A program made the translations under genes and the position numbers. From NCBI RefSeq assembly GCF_006345805.1, contig NC_042997.1, positions 132,246,001 through 132,310,000 on the forward strand: a stretch of DNA of 64,000 bases, in the 5' to 3' direction. The notes beneath the pieces are model-generated. The model searched no databases. It worked only from the letters and a program-made list of their open reading frames with translations, and had not been told where the DNA came from. Source of the stretch: Octopus sinensis (taxonomy: Eukaryota). Positions 11,409 through 25,399 of the stretch are shown one piece after another (the stretch's first letter is position 1; each line of letters starts with the position of its first letter).

Positions 11409-11689
11409 GCCTTGTGCAAAAATTTGAAACCAGTATCTTCCATGTTATTTATCACAGCTTCATCTTTAATGGTTAATATATATACAGGTTTTTTCCAATT
11501 CGATAACCTATTATTTCTTCAGTAATTAAATATATACCAAGCATGAATATAAAATTTGGTATATATTTAATTACTGAAGAAATAATAGGTTTATCGAATT
11601 GGAAAAAAACCTGTATATATATTAACCATTAAAGATGAAGCTGTGATAAATAACATGGAAGATACTGGTTTCAAATTTTTGCACAAGGC
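11409..11689. repeat. Long near-perfect inverted repeat (about 132-bp arms, 15-nt loop)
   Basis: 11409-11540 is the reverse complement of 11556-11689 apart from single-base indels. Confidence 0.95.
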
Positions 11690-11882
11690 CAGCAATTTCG
11701 AGGGAGTGGGTAAGTCGATTATATTGATTCTAGTAATCAACTGGTACTTACTTTATCATTCCGAAAGGATGAAATACTAAGTCGACCTCGGTGGAATTTG
11801 AACTCAGAACGTAAAAACGGACAAAGTGCCGCAAAGCATTTTTCACCGGCGTGCAAAACGATTCTGCGTGCACACTGCCTTA
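11665..11882 (-). mobile_element. SINE family B, diverged, alternative tail
   Basis: Core gaaaggatgaaatactaagtcgacctcggtggaatttgaactcagaacg; tail ttgcacaaggccagcaatttc. Confidence 0.75.
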
Positions 11883-12959
11883 GTAATTTGGACTACTTTA
11901 AAATTCAAAAGCAGGTAACATAGAAGGGATTGGACTAAGATATACAAATAACAAAATCGATGTGTGCTTTCAGTGTTATGCATCCACATTCTATAGAAAT
12001 AAACTAATAGGTTACAATAACAGTAATGTCCTTAACACCATCGTTTTTAAGTTATGAACAGATATGGGTTAATTTTCAGATTATATATAATATCTTCAGA
12101 TTCAGGTAGTGTGAGAAAGAATTGCAAAAATACACTGTGGAGACTAGCTGCTGGAGAAATAACTGGCCAGGTTAATTGATGCGATTATAAATAGAGGACA
12201 GCTGAAGAAACGTATATTTGCTTCTAATTTTGTTCTAACAAACCCAGACAGTCTTTCAATTAGATATAAACTATGGTCTCTATGTTTTTCGTCTAGCTTG
12301 CAAAATAACAACGTTTGCAGTATTTTTTCTGCATTAACCACATCCATAGTTAAAAACTGTCAAAATTAAATTTATCATTTATAAATCTTTCAACTGATTC
12401 CAATTTTCTTGAATTCTTCCCTTCCAACCTGTCAGACATTCGTTAAAACTGTTGTTTTCTTCTCGTAAGATTCGACCGTTAACATCTTTAAAATACAGAT
12501 AATGAATTTCATAGTAATTTAGATAGTCTTTGGAATTATTGATTTTATTCTAGACTCCTAGAATTTTCGTTTAAGCGTATTTTCTTTTATTATTATTTTT
12601 TTTGCGATATTGATCTTTTGTTGTTTTTTAACTTTCGACTTATCATCAAATATGCCGGTTATTTTGCTTATTTACTTCTTTCCAATATTATTAACTGTCA
12701 ATTATTTAACTGTGATATTATTGATTTCTTCACTCAGAATTACACGGAATATTACGCCCCTAGAAAATCAAGCTCTTTTCGCCGAGTATGCATAAATGAA
12801 AATTTAGGAATACCTACAAAAATATTGCTGTCTGGTATAGAAGTACATATTTCAAGACCTCAATGTAGAAATCCGATTTATGAATTAAGTATATGAGACG
12901 GTGGGCATACTGTTTTGATAGACATGACATGAATCTAATCACCATAATTATAACAAAAT

Positions 12960-13580
12960 CTTTGGCTTCAGAACTAATAGCCAGATCAGTTCAATATTTC
13001 TCGCAGAAGATTGGTTTGGACCCAAACATCTGAAGAAAGTTACTAATCATGGCAGCTGAGATCAGATCAAGGTGGCTGTGCTTGACATGAGCAGCTGAAA
13101 GAATCCTTCCTCTGACGAAGGCTAATTCAATCCTCATTGCCTTACTCAGGAGACCAAGTACAGAATGAAGGACGAAATGCTTGTAACCCTGAGAAACCTG
13201 TAGTAGATACAAAAGGGTTTTCAACATTGCGATAACTCTAGTTACAATCAGAAGAGCTTACAACATCGTTGAGTAGCCCTGATGATTCCGTGTGTAGCAA
13301 ATACTGGACACTGTTAACACACCAATAATCGAATTAGTTGTCAAGAATGCATTATAATATTCAAACCGGTCTATCCGATTTACTTAATCCCTAAGTTTTA
13401 TAGATTTATAATTGTTGCTGCGGTCAGTTAAAAAGTGTATTCAGTCGCAGACGAGACCCCAACATAAGACTGAATACAGTTCAGCTGATCCCTCTTTTTC
13501 TATGCAACGAAGTATTACATGACAAGATATTTACATCTGTCTTAGCTGTTGGCTAAACCCTGTGCGCATATATAGATATG
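12960..13580 (+). mobile_element. Possible very old mariner-like transposase relic
   Basis: The + frame with stops gives ...FNPHCLTQETKYR..., reminiscent of the mariner WVPHEL motif. Weak match only. Confidence 0.3.
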
Positions 13581-14023
13581 TGGAAAAGATACAAATTCAC
13601 ATGATTCTTATTATTTTCATCTTATATATCAACCTATCTGTAGCTATTACTTCACACAATAATAGAATTATAAACTGACTTTGACAGTTATGCAACCAGC
13701 CTGCCTGCAGACTGTATACTCTATAATTTGCGTATGCTTTCTTTGTTTTTCGCCATACTTTCTTATATTGTATCTTTTAATCGTTTACTTGTTTCAGTCA
13801 TTGAACTGCGGCCATGCTGAGGTTTCACCTTCAAGAGTTTAGTCGAATAATTGACCCTCAGTACTTATATTTAAGCTTGGTAGTTATTCTAATCTATCGG
13901 TCTCTTTTACCGACATGCTAAGCTACACGGACGTAAACAAATAAACAAGCAATATTGGCGGGCAAACACACACGCGCACCTATCTCTCTCTCTCTTTGTT
14001 ATATATATATATATATATATGTT

Positions 14024-14055
<32 letters not shown>

Positions 14056-14074
14056 TGTATGTATGTATGGTATG

Positions 14075-14164
<90 letters not shown>

Positions 14165-14244
14165 GTACGATGGGGTTCCACTTAATTTCCGTCTACCAAA
14201 TCCACTCATAAAGCATTGGTTACAATGGCGGAGGTATTGTTTTC

Positions 14245-14490
14245 AGTCATGTGACTAGATTTTGGGATCGATCCGGTACCGGACAAGGATTCTGGATTAT
14301 TTGTTATATTCATTTTACTTTACACGAAGTCTAGCAGTCGGGTTTACTTTTAGTATTCTTGATTGTGAGAGCAGTCGAGTATATTTCAGATATTCTCAAT
14401 TTAAAAATAATCTCCGGCTAATCGTTGAGAGGACATTGGTGTTGCCTTGGCGGAGGTTTGCATTCCCTGAGTGCTCTTGTTATATAGTTT
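14245..14490 (-). mobile_element. Probable Helentron/HINE-like non-autonomous element fragment
   Basis: Minus strand begins aacaagagcactcagg...ctccgccaaggc, a terminus type I associate with Helentron-derived repeats; truncated. Assignment is from recall. Confidence 0.4.
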
Positions 14491-14842
14491 CTTGCATAAA
14501 TTGAGTCTCTTCTGGATTAATCAATATAATGTTAAACTCATCTTATCTGCTACTCATACTATTCTTTCCCCAACAGTTAAACTCTAACGTCTATTTTTGG
14601 GGTTTTATTTTTTTTCATCCTCATTGCTACATTCTAAGGAAATTCCTGATAATCTCAGCTCACATTTACCCCAACTTTAAAAAAAATAGTGTTAGGAGAG
14701 TATTGTTATTGTAACTATTAGAATGTTTTCACGAATATGCACGTAAAATATTGTAAGCACATGTCTAATTCTTACCTAGTATATCTAAGTTCAGTCTTTT
14801 TTATGTAGCTAGTTTCGAATATTAATATCTTCCGTTATTCAA

Positions 14843-15063
14843 GGCGGTGAGCTGACAGGATCGTTGGCACGCCGAGGAAAATGCTTAGCGGCATTTTGTC
14901 CGTCTTCACGTTCTGAGTTGTTCAAATGCTGCCGAGGTTCACTTTGCTTTTCATCCTATCGGGGTCAATAAAATAAGTACCAGCTGAACACTGGGGATCA
15001 ATGTTATCAACTTATTCCCTCCCTTGAACTTGCTGGCCTTGTGCTAAAATCTGAAAATAATAT
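14843..15063 (+). mobile_element. SINE family B, single diverged copy
   Basis: ggcggtgagctgacagga...ttttcatcctatcggggtcaataaaataagtaccag. Confidence 0.8.
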
Positions 15064-15110
15064 TTTCTCTGTTATTTATCCCATAACCATCTTTTTAAGA
15101 TGTTTTTCTG

Positions 15111-15294
15111 AGGCGTAGGAGTGGCTGTGTGATAAGTAGCTTGCTTACGAACCACATGGTTTAGGATTCAGTCCCACTGCGTGGCACCTTGGGCAAGTGT
15201 CTTCTACTATAGCCTCGGGCCGACCAAAGCTTTGTGAGTGGATTTGGTAGACGGAAACGGAAAGAAGCCCGTCGTATATATATATATATATATA

Positions 15295-15355
<61 letters not shown>

Positions 15356-15565
15356 TAGTGCGTCTGTGTTTGTCCCACCAATATCGCTTGACAACCAATG
15401 CTGGTGTGTTTACGTCCCCGTAACTTAGCGGTTCGACATAAGAGACCGATAGAATAAGTACAAGGTTTACAAAGAATAAGTCCTGGGGCCGATTTGCTCG
15501 ACTAAAAAGGCGTTGTTCCAGCATGGCCGCAGTCAAATGACTGAAACAAGTAAAAGAGTAAAAGT
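15111..15565 (+). mobile_element. SINE family A
   Basis: Full length with internal (TA)n(TG)n; flanking 23-bp direct repeat tctttttaagatgtttttctgag at 15090-15112 and 15591-15613. Confidence 0.9.
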
Positions 15566-16676
15566 GATGTTTAAAATGTTTTCTGAGATGTCTTTTTAAG
15601 ATGTTTTTCTGAGACAAAGTATTACAGCTAGTAGCGCTCCACGTTTGAATACACATTATGAATATTAAACTCACTCGTATTTTAATCTAATTGACATATT
15701 AGGTTCACTTATTCATTTAATTCTATCCTAGCTATCTTTTGAATGTTTCCAATTTCTACATCGAAGCAAACATTTTCAGCTTGGTTCATCACTGAGGTCA
15801 AATGAGGCCGAAACAGAGCGTTTGGCGATTCATAAGCGTTCTGAGCAAAACCGTATTTTCTTAATATAGAAGTTTCTCTGAGAAGTTTCTCTACAGCTAG
15901 TGATACCACTCCATGTTTGTATACATGTAATGGATGTTATACACAACAATATTTTAATATAAAGTGGTTTCAAGAGCGTTTATCAAAATACATTTATTTT
16001 TTTCGACCTGATTAATGTAAGTATAAATCTACGGTTTTTTAATTAATTAAATGTATCTTAAATATATTTATTGATTTTAGCTGGATATTTTATATCTTAA
16101 TATATATATAATAGCATATAAACAGAAAGTAGGTCTTAAATATATATTTGGACTTACTTCATATTTTTGATATGTTAATCTTTTATAGAATATATACCAG
16201 GTGGATTTAAATATCGATAAATTTAATATCTATATCGTATTTGATTAAATATATACCTAGAATTTCAGTTTGAGTTTCATTTATTGTATAGATATTATCA
16301 ATATTGATACGAATGCATCCATGCACCCACTTAATTCGAACCACTAAATTTTCAGCCCAATCTTTTTTCTTTGTATCTTACTTAACACATGCTCTAAGAT
16401 TATTACCTCCTTTTCGTTTCGATGGTCATGTTGGGGAGACACATTGAAGGGTTTAATCAATCAATTGACAATAGTACTTGTCATTTTTTAAAGTCTGCTA
16501 CTGATTCTAGCAATCCGTTTTGCCGAAAGGCTAAAATTCAGGGACATAAGTAAAGCAACACCAATTGTCAAGCGCTGAGAGCAATCGCAAAGAGCAATCG
16601 CAAAGACACGCACGCATGCACTCACGCTCGCACGTACACATACACACGTATATATATAAACTTTCGTATATATATA

Positions 16677-16742
<66 letters not shown>

Positions 16743-16795
16743 GGTATGTAGAAAAATACAACATGGACAAGAACGTATAACTCTTAGAAGACGAT

Positions 16796-16837
<42 letters not shown>

Positions 16838-17282
16838 AGACCAAAGTGCACGTACGCCGATATATATATATATGCATGTATGTATATGTATGTATATAAA
16901 ATACAAAATGGGAGAAGAACGCAAAACATCCAAATAGACGATACAAAGAAAACAAGGACGGGTCATTCGAAATTTTCTTTCCTCACTAACGCACCAGATT
17001 ATCCTCGCAATTTCGGTTGATTATTCTTGAGATTGTTCCAATCTTGCCAACCCCAAGGAAAAACTAAGCTAAGAGCATTAGATTCCTTGGAAGAAAGCAG
17101 CGAATGTATACAAAAACAAGGACGGAAAAACGGACAATGTTACACAAATATAAATACAATAAAAATGATAACAGGACATAACAACAGGTGTCTTTCGACT
17201 AAGGACGAATTGAATTAAGCTGGCGCATGTGAAAATGAAGCCTTACGGCAGAGATACATACCTACATACATACATACATACA

Positions 17283-17318
<36 letters not shown>

Positions 17319-18039
17319 TATATACGAAAGATTTCCACGCAGTTTCCATTTGCCAAGTTCCCTCAGAGACCATTGTGCCTGCTCCGGGCTATACTAAAAG
17401 TTACTTGCCCGAGGTGCCGGGCAGTAGGCCTAAACCCGAAGCTACATGGTTGCGAACTCCTTAACTACTTAGCCATGCCTATTTGCGCCTAAATTTAGAT
17501 GTTTTTTAAAACTTGATTTAGATATCAACACCATTCCATTTTCTTAGTCGGCTACATATATATTAAATATATATATAAACATTGCTAAGTATCATTTTCT
17601 GACAGAGCAATCTTAGTTTTACACAGTCTTTACTATTTTCGGTTTTTACAAGGGAAATTCAACCTAAATATTAATCATGAACTATTTAATACATTGTTCT
17701 ATTGTTCACTTACATATAGTATAGTTGTTACATTTGTTCTCACTCATTTTTTCCTCCTGATATTATCAATTTTTTTCCACTACGAAATATTTAAATTGCA
17801 GAAAATTGTAGAAAATTACAGAAAATTATAAAATGGTATGATGGATATATTTAACTTCAAAATTTTAGCTGGTTGTTGTGAGTATTTACAATCACATTTT
17901 TATAAGTATAAGTAAATTCATAAAGTTTACTGAATAATATAAGCTATTATTGATTAACTGACGCAATTACAAACAAACTAAAGCTGAACTAATATAAACT
18001 TGCTTCAGACTATGTTACTATCAGTCCCATACAATCTTC

Positions 18040-18240
18040 CAATTATATATATATTGATAAAAATGGCAAGATAACAAAAGAAAGACAGAGACCTCGATAT
18101 TATGTAAAATAGAATTTATCTGTAAATGTAATATGAGACAATTATTCGGTAGCCATGATAAAACTCCGAGTTTCGGATGCCGAGGTGGAAATCCACGCCG
18201 CCATCTCTTCAGTTATCCGGTCATCGGAAAAATGCTATTA
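18040..18240 (-). mobile_element. TA-flanked non-coding repeat carrying a hammerhead (same family as 55123-55475)
   Basis: Clear homology to 55290-55475; bounded by (TA)n. Confidence 0.8.
18148..18225 (-). ncRNA. Type I hammerhead ribozyme
   Basis: gatgacc g gataa-CTGAAGA-gatggcgg c gtgg attt ccac c tcggcatc c-GAAA-ctc g gag-TT-ttatc at ggctacc. Core intact, GUU site. Confidence 0.75.
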
Positions 18241-18405
18241 TGAATATATATATATATATAATATATATATATATATTATATATATAATATTAAGGAATGG
18301 CCCTGATAGGCCATTCGACTCACTAGAAAGAGCAGCCAAAGCTCAAACCGCTAAATAGTAGTAATTCAGAAATCAAAGGAAAATTAAAACATTTACCCTA
18401 ATCAT

Positions 18406-18493
18406 CCTTGGACAATGCATTGTTTCGACGTACTTTGCAAACTAGCCTAATTAAATTAAATCAATCTACCACTGGCTTGTCTCATCGGCAAGG
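18406..18493 (-). ncRNA. Type I hammerhead ribozyme with U4C core variant and long stem II insert
   Basis: ccttg-CCGATGA-gac[49 nt]gtc-GAAA-caatgcattg-TC-caagg; stem III acaatgcattgt is a perfect palindrome. Confidence 0.7.
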
Positions 18494-18649
18494 AGGCCAG
18501 GAGGAATAAATATTCCACGAGGCAGCTTCATCGATGCTTCGGGAATATATACTCTAAATTTTCAAAATCTACCGTAATCGCGCCAACTTATCAGCAGCAA
18601 ATATAAACTGCTGATTTAATTTCAGAATTAGTCAAAAAATCATTAATTA

Positions 18650-18681
<32 letters not shown>

Positions 18682-18836
18682 ATATATATATATATATATA
18701 CATATACATACATACATATACATACATACATATACATACATACATATACATACATACATATACATACATATATATACATACAATATATATATATATACAT
18801 ACATACAACATACATATATACATACATACATACATG

Positions 18837-18902
<66 letters not shown>

Positions 18903-19851
18903 GACACGCATATTTTACGCACTGCGGTCTCTGTATTTTCGTTCAGCTATCAAAATAACGACCTGTACGGTATTTATTCTGCATTATATAAACACATATA
19001 TATATATTTATATACATGTGTTATATATTCTGCATATATAACACATAGATGAATATGTGTTATATGTAAATTCAACCATTGTGATTCTTTTAATATATTC
19101 CGTTACTTTTCGGTCTTCTTGAATTTCCTCTCCGAATACAACAAACATATTCTTTGAACCAGACAATTTCTTCTTTTAAGTTTCGGCCATTAAAACTCAT
19201 CAAATCCAGAGACCAAATTTCACGATGATAACAATATTCTTTTGAATTATTAATTTTCCTCTAACCTTCAAAATTTTCTTTAAAACGTTTGTTCTTTAGT
19301 TAATAAAATTCTAAATGACATTGCCCCATTTGTTTCTTAATTTCACTTGTTAACATATGCACCTTTTATTTCAATTTACTTGTTATTAACTTCAAATAAA
19401 TAAGTTTTGAAAGAATTTTAGTATGCTACAATAAAGAATTGATAGGTAAGATCTACCAACATCAACACATACAGAAACATTAATATTGGAACATCAGTGA
19501 AATAACCACTGAAGCGAAAGCGATAACTATATTATTAAAGAAAGAAGACTGTGTGGTTCACTCGTCATGCAGTCGCCCCATATCACCCTTAAGGGCAATA
19601 AATATAATTTTCTTTCAAACCTTAAATGCAGTTCAATTAAATTTTATAAAGTGAGACAGATATATTAAATAAGCGTACACTTAACATCGATTATTCTGAT
19701 ATCAGAAGGGTTAGATCAATGGAGCTGCAACGTTACCGTTATCAACTGGCACCGTTAACGTCTTTGTTCTCTTGTAGAAACTCCACCTTGAAAGCCATGG
19801 ATTTCGAGTCGCAAATCTTTAAGCGATGTGTCATTAAGAATAGTCTTGAAC

Positions 19852-20360
19852 TTACTTCTACTTGTACTTGTGACGGCTTTCACCCAGGGTGGGTTGAGCC
19901 GGCTTCTTCTCTGGTCCTGACGGCATCAGGAACCATGGCGGCCCACGCTCGACTGTCCTGTGCGAGGTCACTGGAGATAGCGAGCCATTCGCGGTTCTAT
20001 CTGCGCAGACCAACCACCTGCGGACCTGAGAGTTCGGGGAGGTCCTCCTTTATCGTCGTTGCCCAGGTCTTCAGCTGCCCGCCCGTGCGTTTGCACCAGT
20101 TGGGAAGTGGAGGTGGGAGGAAGACATCGCGAATCAGCTCACCCTCTGGACGCCGGGCCGCATGACCGAACCACCTTAAGCGTCATTGTAGAAGCATCGA
20201 AGGGAGGGGCTGGAGATTCAGGCGCTGACGAAGACCGGCTGTAGGAACCCGATCAATGCGTCGGCAGCGAAGAATGCGGCGGAGACAGTCATTGTCAAAC
20301 ACCTCCAGCCTTCGCTGATCGGCTAACCTCATAAGCCATGTTTCACAACCATAGAGGAGG
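19852..20360 (-). mobile_element. 5'-truncated RTE-clade LINE
   Basis: ILLYGCETW...RRLEVFDNDCLRRIL (RT thumb region); tail caagtacaagtagaagtaag; exact 12-bp TSD atagtcttgaac at 19840-19851 and 20361-20372. Confidence 0.9.
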
Positions 20361-20630
20361 ATAGTCTTGAACGCTAGGAAAAGAATCATATAACTCCTGT
20401 TGAATGAAAAAGAGAAGTGCCCCCCCCCCCTTCTTTAACGTCTTTATGGGAAGCTGTGACGTGGCTGATATTGTAAATCTCAATGATTTATCTTCGTCGA
20501 CACTGTCAAGAAGCAAACATCCTCCCACAAATCAACTTTGTACAGATACAATGACCAAGTAATTTCAAGCAATACCAGTTTTAAGAACTTAATTGTTTGT
20601 TCAAGAAGTTTGACTTAAATATAGCTATAT

Positions 20631-20795
20631 AGGCGCAGGAGTGGCTGTGTGGTAAGTAGCTTGCTTACTAACCACATGGTTCCGGTATCAGTGCCACTGC
20701 GTGGCACCTTGGGCAGTATCTTCTACTATAGCCTCGGGTCGACCAAAGCCATGTAAGTGGATTTGGTAGACGGAAACTGAAAGAAGCCCGTCGTA
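20631..20795 (+). mobile_element. SINE family A, 5' half
   Basis: Head through gaaagaagcccgtcgta, then (TA)n; its 3' half is at 21612-21843. Confidence 0.85.
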
Positions 20796-20832
<37 letters not shown>

Positions 20833-20953
20833 TAATAAAAAGGGTTCGGCAAAAGAATTGTGTCGCCGTGTTAGCGGTCCTGTTTTCATACCGAATCCTA
20901 CTTGGTGAAATTTATTGATTACTTCTTAATTATTAATTTTACCCTTTGATATC

Positions 20954-21027
<74 letters not shown>

Positions 21028-21069
21028 CATACATATATATACATATACATATATATATATATATATATA

Positions 21070-21605
<536 letters not shown>

Positions 21606-21611
21606 GTGTGT

Positions 21612-21843
21612 GTACGTATATGTTTGTGTGTCTGTGTTTGTCCCCCCAACATCACTTGACAACCGATGGTGGAGTGTTTACGGCCCCGTAACTTAGCGGT
21701 TCGGCAGAAAGACACCGATAGAATAAGTACTAGGCTTACAAAGAATAAATCCTGTGATCGATTTGCTCGACTAAAAGGCAGTGCTCCAGCATGACTGCAG
21801 TCAAATGACTGAAACAAGTAAAAGAGAGTAAAAGAGTAAGAGT
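21612..21843 (+). mobile_element. SINE family A, 3' half
   Basis: gtttgtgtgtctgtgtttgtcccccc...aagtaaaagagagtaaaagag. Confidence 0.85.
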
Positions 21844-22004
21844 ATCGCCACCAACTAAATCGCAGTTAGCTTGTTAGGCATTACTTTAGAATCTCAAGAC
21901 AGTCAAGCACTGCCCCTTTAGAAAGCCTACTGAAGAGAGCGTATTCCTAAGAATTCCTAAGAAATCCTAAGAATTCCAATCAACCTCAGGTATAATTACT
22001 CTGA

Positions 22005-22222
22005 ATTGTTTCAGTCATTTGACTGTGGCCATGCTGGAGCACCGCCTTTAGTCGAGCGAATCGACTCCAGGACTTATTCTTTGTAAGCCTAGTACTTATT
22101 CTATCGGTCTCTTTTGCCGAACCGCTAAGTTACGGGGACGTAAACACACCAGCATCGGTTGTCAAGTGATGTTGGGGACAAACTCAGACACACGCACACA
22201 CACACACACACACACACAACAC

Positions 22223-22268
<46 letters not shown>

Positions 22269-22460
22269 ACATACAATTATATATATTTATATATCTATAC
22301 ATATACATATATACGACGGGTTTCTTTCCGTTTCCGTCTACCAAATCCACTCACAAGGCGTTGGTCGGCCCGAGGCTATAACAGAAGACACCCGTTCCCA
22401 AGGTATCACGCAGTGAGACGGAACCTGGAACTACTTACCACACAGCCACTCCTACGCCTA
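22005..22460 (-). mobile_element. SINE family A
   Basis: Near full length with internal (CA)n(TA)n. Confidence 0.85.
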
Positions 22461-24171
22461 TTACAAACTTAGTAGCTCGTATCAACAAAAAATATTTAAT
22501 TTATGGCCAGATATATTTATAGAGCTGTGCACTATTAGAATGATGCATTAGCGAGAATGTCTTTAATGAGAAGTTGGTGTGCATGGAAGATCTCCCATTT
22601 TCACCCTCGAATTGAATTAGAAAGCGGAAAGTAGATTGCTTCAATCTGTTGCTCTATGAACACAGCGGGGAACTTATCCATAATTTGGTGAGACTTTGGA
22701 AGCACATATATGAATCACAAGTTGTTTAATGTGTTGAATGTTAAGATTAGTTGCGTATTCCAAAAAAAAAAAAGTCACTTCTAACATCACAAGACAAAAT
22801 AGGAAAAAGTAAACACTTATACAGGCTTTACTCCAGACACACTCCTGCAATTGCCGAAAAAAATACCATATGCCCAACGAGGAGGGTATCCTTACTTTTT
22901 AAGATTGCGGCCTATAACGTGATTTGTATCCGAAGGAATTACACGAGACTTACTGCCAATGACTTGAAGGAAGAGTTCACTCAATATGACCTGGAGCATT
23001 CTCGTCAAGGAACCTCCACACTCTTTAGTGAATAGGAGCGTTAACAGTGTTTTTAGATTTATTTTTGAGAAATTACTCACATTCCAATAATGTGCTTTAT
23101 CATCTTATCGAGGAAACTGGATTTTTACACAGCTGCTATCAACGGAGCATTCTATTAATTAATTTTAAACCATTAGCTAAATCAATACAATAAATAATAA
23201 ATGAATATACTGTCAATAAATGATATATGTATAGATTCATGTATGATAAAAACCTAGCATGGCCTACACAAAAATGAACTTTCCTTATCATCATACGGCA
23301 AACAACTTCATTTAAAAGCCGTGACTACCTCATCACTCAGTGTTATTGGTTCTGCCAAATTCTTAGTAATGAAAATCTGAGTCAAACAATATAAATATAT
23401 ATACGTTGAATGAATATGAATGATTGTATACATGATACTAGACTCCGCAAAATGCAACTCATAGTTAATGAAAAATATATGTTCTAAAATGCATTTAAAT
23501 AAAAACAAATATTATAGTGTTGTAAACATTTTCCAGTATATCATAAATATCAACAAAGAATCAATAAGCGATATATGCATATACGTATGTATTTATGCAC
23601 ACACACACACAAGCAACATATATATATTTATGCACACACACACGCACACACACATATATATATATATATGAGAAAGACAGAGAAGGGGAGAGAGATAGGT
23701 AGATAGATAAATAGATCGATCGATAGATACCAACATGCATAAAGATATATATATATATATATATATACAAATATATATATAGCCATACATTCATATATAC
23801 GCATATACACAAAGATACGTACATATATCAGGAAAAAATATAGCGTTAATAATGTAAGCGCAGTACTTAAATTGATAAATATAAATACTGCATTACATAA
23901 TTGCATCATTGCACCTATAGTCATTCGTACATAACTAAATGTGTTTGCGAAGTATGGGTGCGTGCGCGTATGCGCATGTGCAAATGAGCAAACATGTATG
24001 TATGTATGTACGTATATATGTATGGATGTATAGTGAGCCCAGAAAAGAGAATTCAATACATTATTTTTAATTTTAGTGTTTATATACTTTATTTATATAG
24101 GGAATCATGATGGTTTAGTTATGTTTGGTTCTGTTGCTTGTTCGTACATGTTTGCATGCGTGCATGTATAC

Positions 24172-24399
24172 TCTTTCTCTTTTACTCTTTTACTTGTTTC
24201 AGTCATTTGACTGCGGCCATGCTGGAGCACCGCCTTTAATCGAGCAACTCGACCCCGGGACTTATTCTTTGCAAGCCCAGTACTTGTTCTATCGGTCTCT
24301 TTTGCCGAACCGCTAAGTTACGGGGACGCAAACACGCCAGCATCGGTTGTCAAGCAATGCTAGGGGGACAAACACAGACACACAAACATACACACACAT

Positions 24400-24442
<43 letters not shown>

Positions 24443-24612
24443 TATACGGCAGGCTTCTTTCAGTTTCCGTCTACCAAATCCACTCACAAGGCTTTGGTCG
24501 GCCCAAGGCTATAGTAGAAGACACTTGCCCAAGGTGCCACGCAGTGGGACTGAACCCGGAACCATGTGGTTGGTAAGCAAGCTACTTACCACACAGCCAC
24601 TCCTGCGCCTAT
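24172..24612 (-). mobile_element. SINE family A
   Basis: Full-length, close to consensus. Confidence 0.9.
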
Positions 24613-25250
24613 ATAGCCACTCCTGTGCCTATATGTATATGGGAACGTATTTATATAACATGCACACTCATACACAAATACACAGATATATACAGCACAC
24701 ATACATACACAGTTCCTCTCTCTCTCTCTCTCTCACACACACATATAAAGGCAGGCATGTCTACGTGTTTAAGAAAATTACATTGCAACCACAAGGTTTC
24801 ATATTCAATTCCACCGCATGTGATCTTTGCTAAATGTCTTCTAGTAAAACTTCGGGTCAGCCAATATCTTTGAAATTTATTAGGCAGAAACTGTACGGAA
24901 TCCTGCAACATGTATATCTGCTTGTGTATGTGCGTGTGTGTGTGTTTATGTCTGTGTGTTTGTTTGTGTGTGTGTGGGGGGGGGGGTTGTGCATGTCTGT
25001 ATTTACGTTTGTTCCTTTATGTACTTAACTTAGCGGTTTGATAAATAACAATAGATAAAGACTTTTGCGCACTTTGATCCAAAGATATGACAGCTAGATG
25101 GAGAAAGAGCTGCATCAGCATTCAGTTGAGCATATTGAACCAATGTGAAATGAAATTCCTTGCTCAAAGACATAATACACTACCCAGACCGAGAATTGAA
25201 GCCTACAAGCTTATGATGGTGAGCTAAACAACTCCAATGCCACACCCCTT

Positions 25251-25297
<47 letters not shown>

Positions 25298-25399
25298 GGA
25301 TATGTGGATATGTATATGAATGTATTTATATAAGAATTTTTTGCGTAATGAGACAAAAAACCAAGGCAGTGTAGATATTATAACATTTATAGATAGAAG

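Noticed and set aside
12991-13227. Minus-strand 78-aa ORF as a host exon
   Set aside because: No recognisable family, and the opposite strand shows weak transposase-like remnants; unresolved, so not called.
15790-15825. ctgaggtcaaatgaggccgaaac as a hammerhead
   Set aside because: The core lacks GA at positions 8-9 and stem I does not pair.
19176-19206. Minus-strand TTGATGA...ggccGAAAc
   Set aside because: C3 is mutated and stems I, II and III do not form; indistinguishable from chance.
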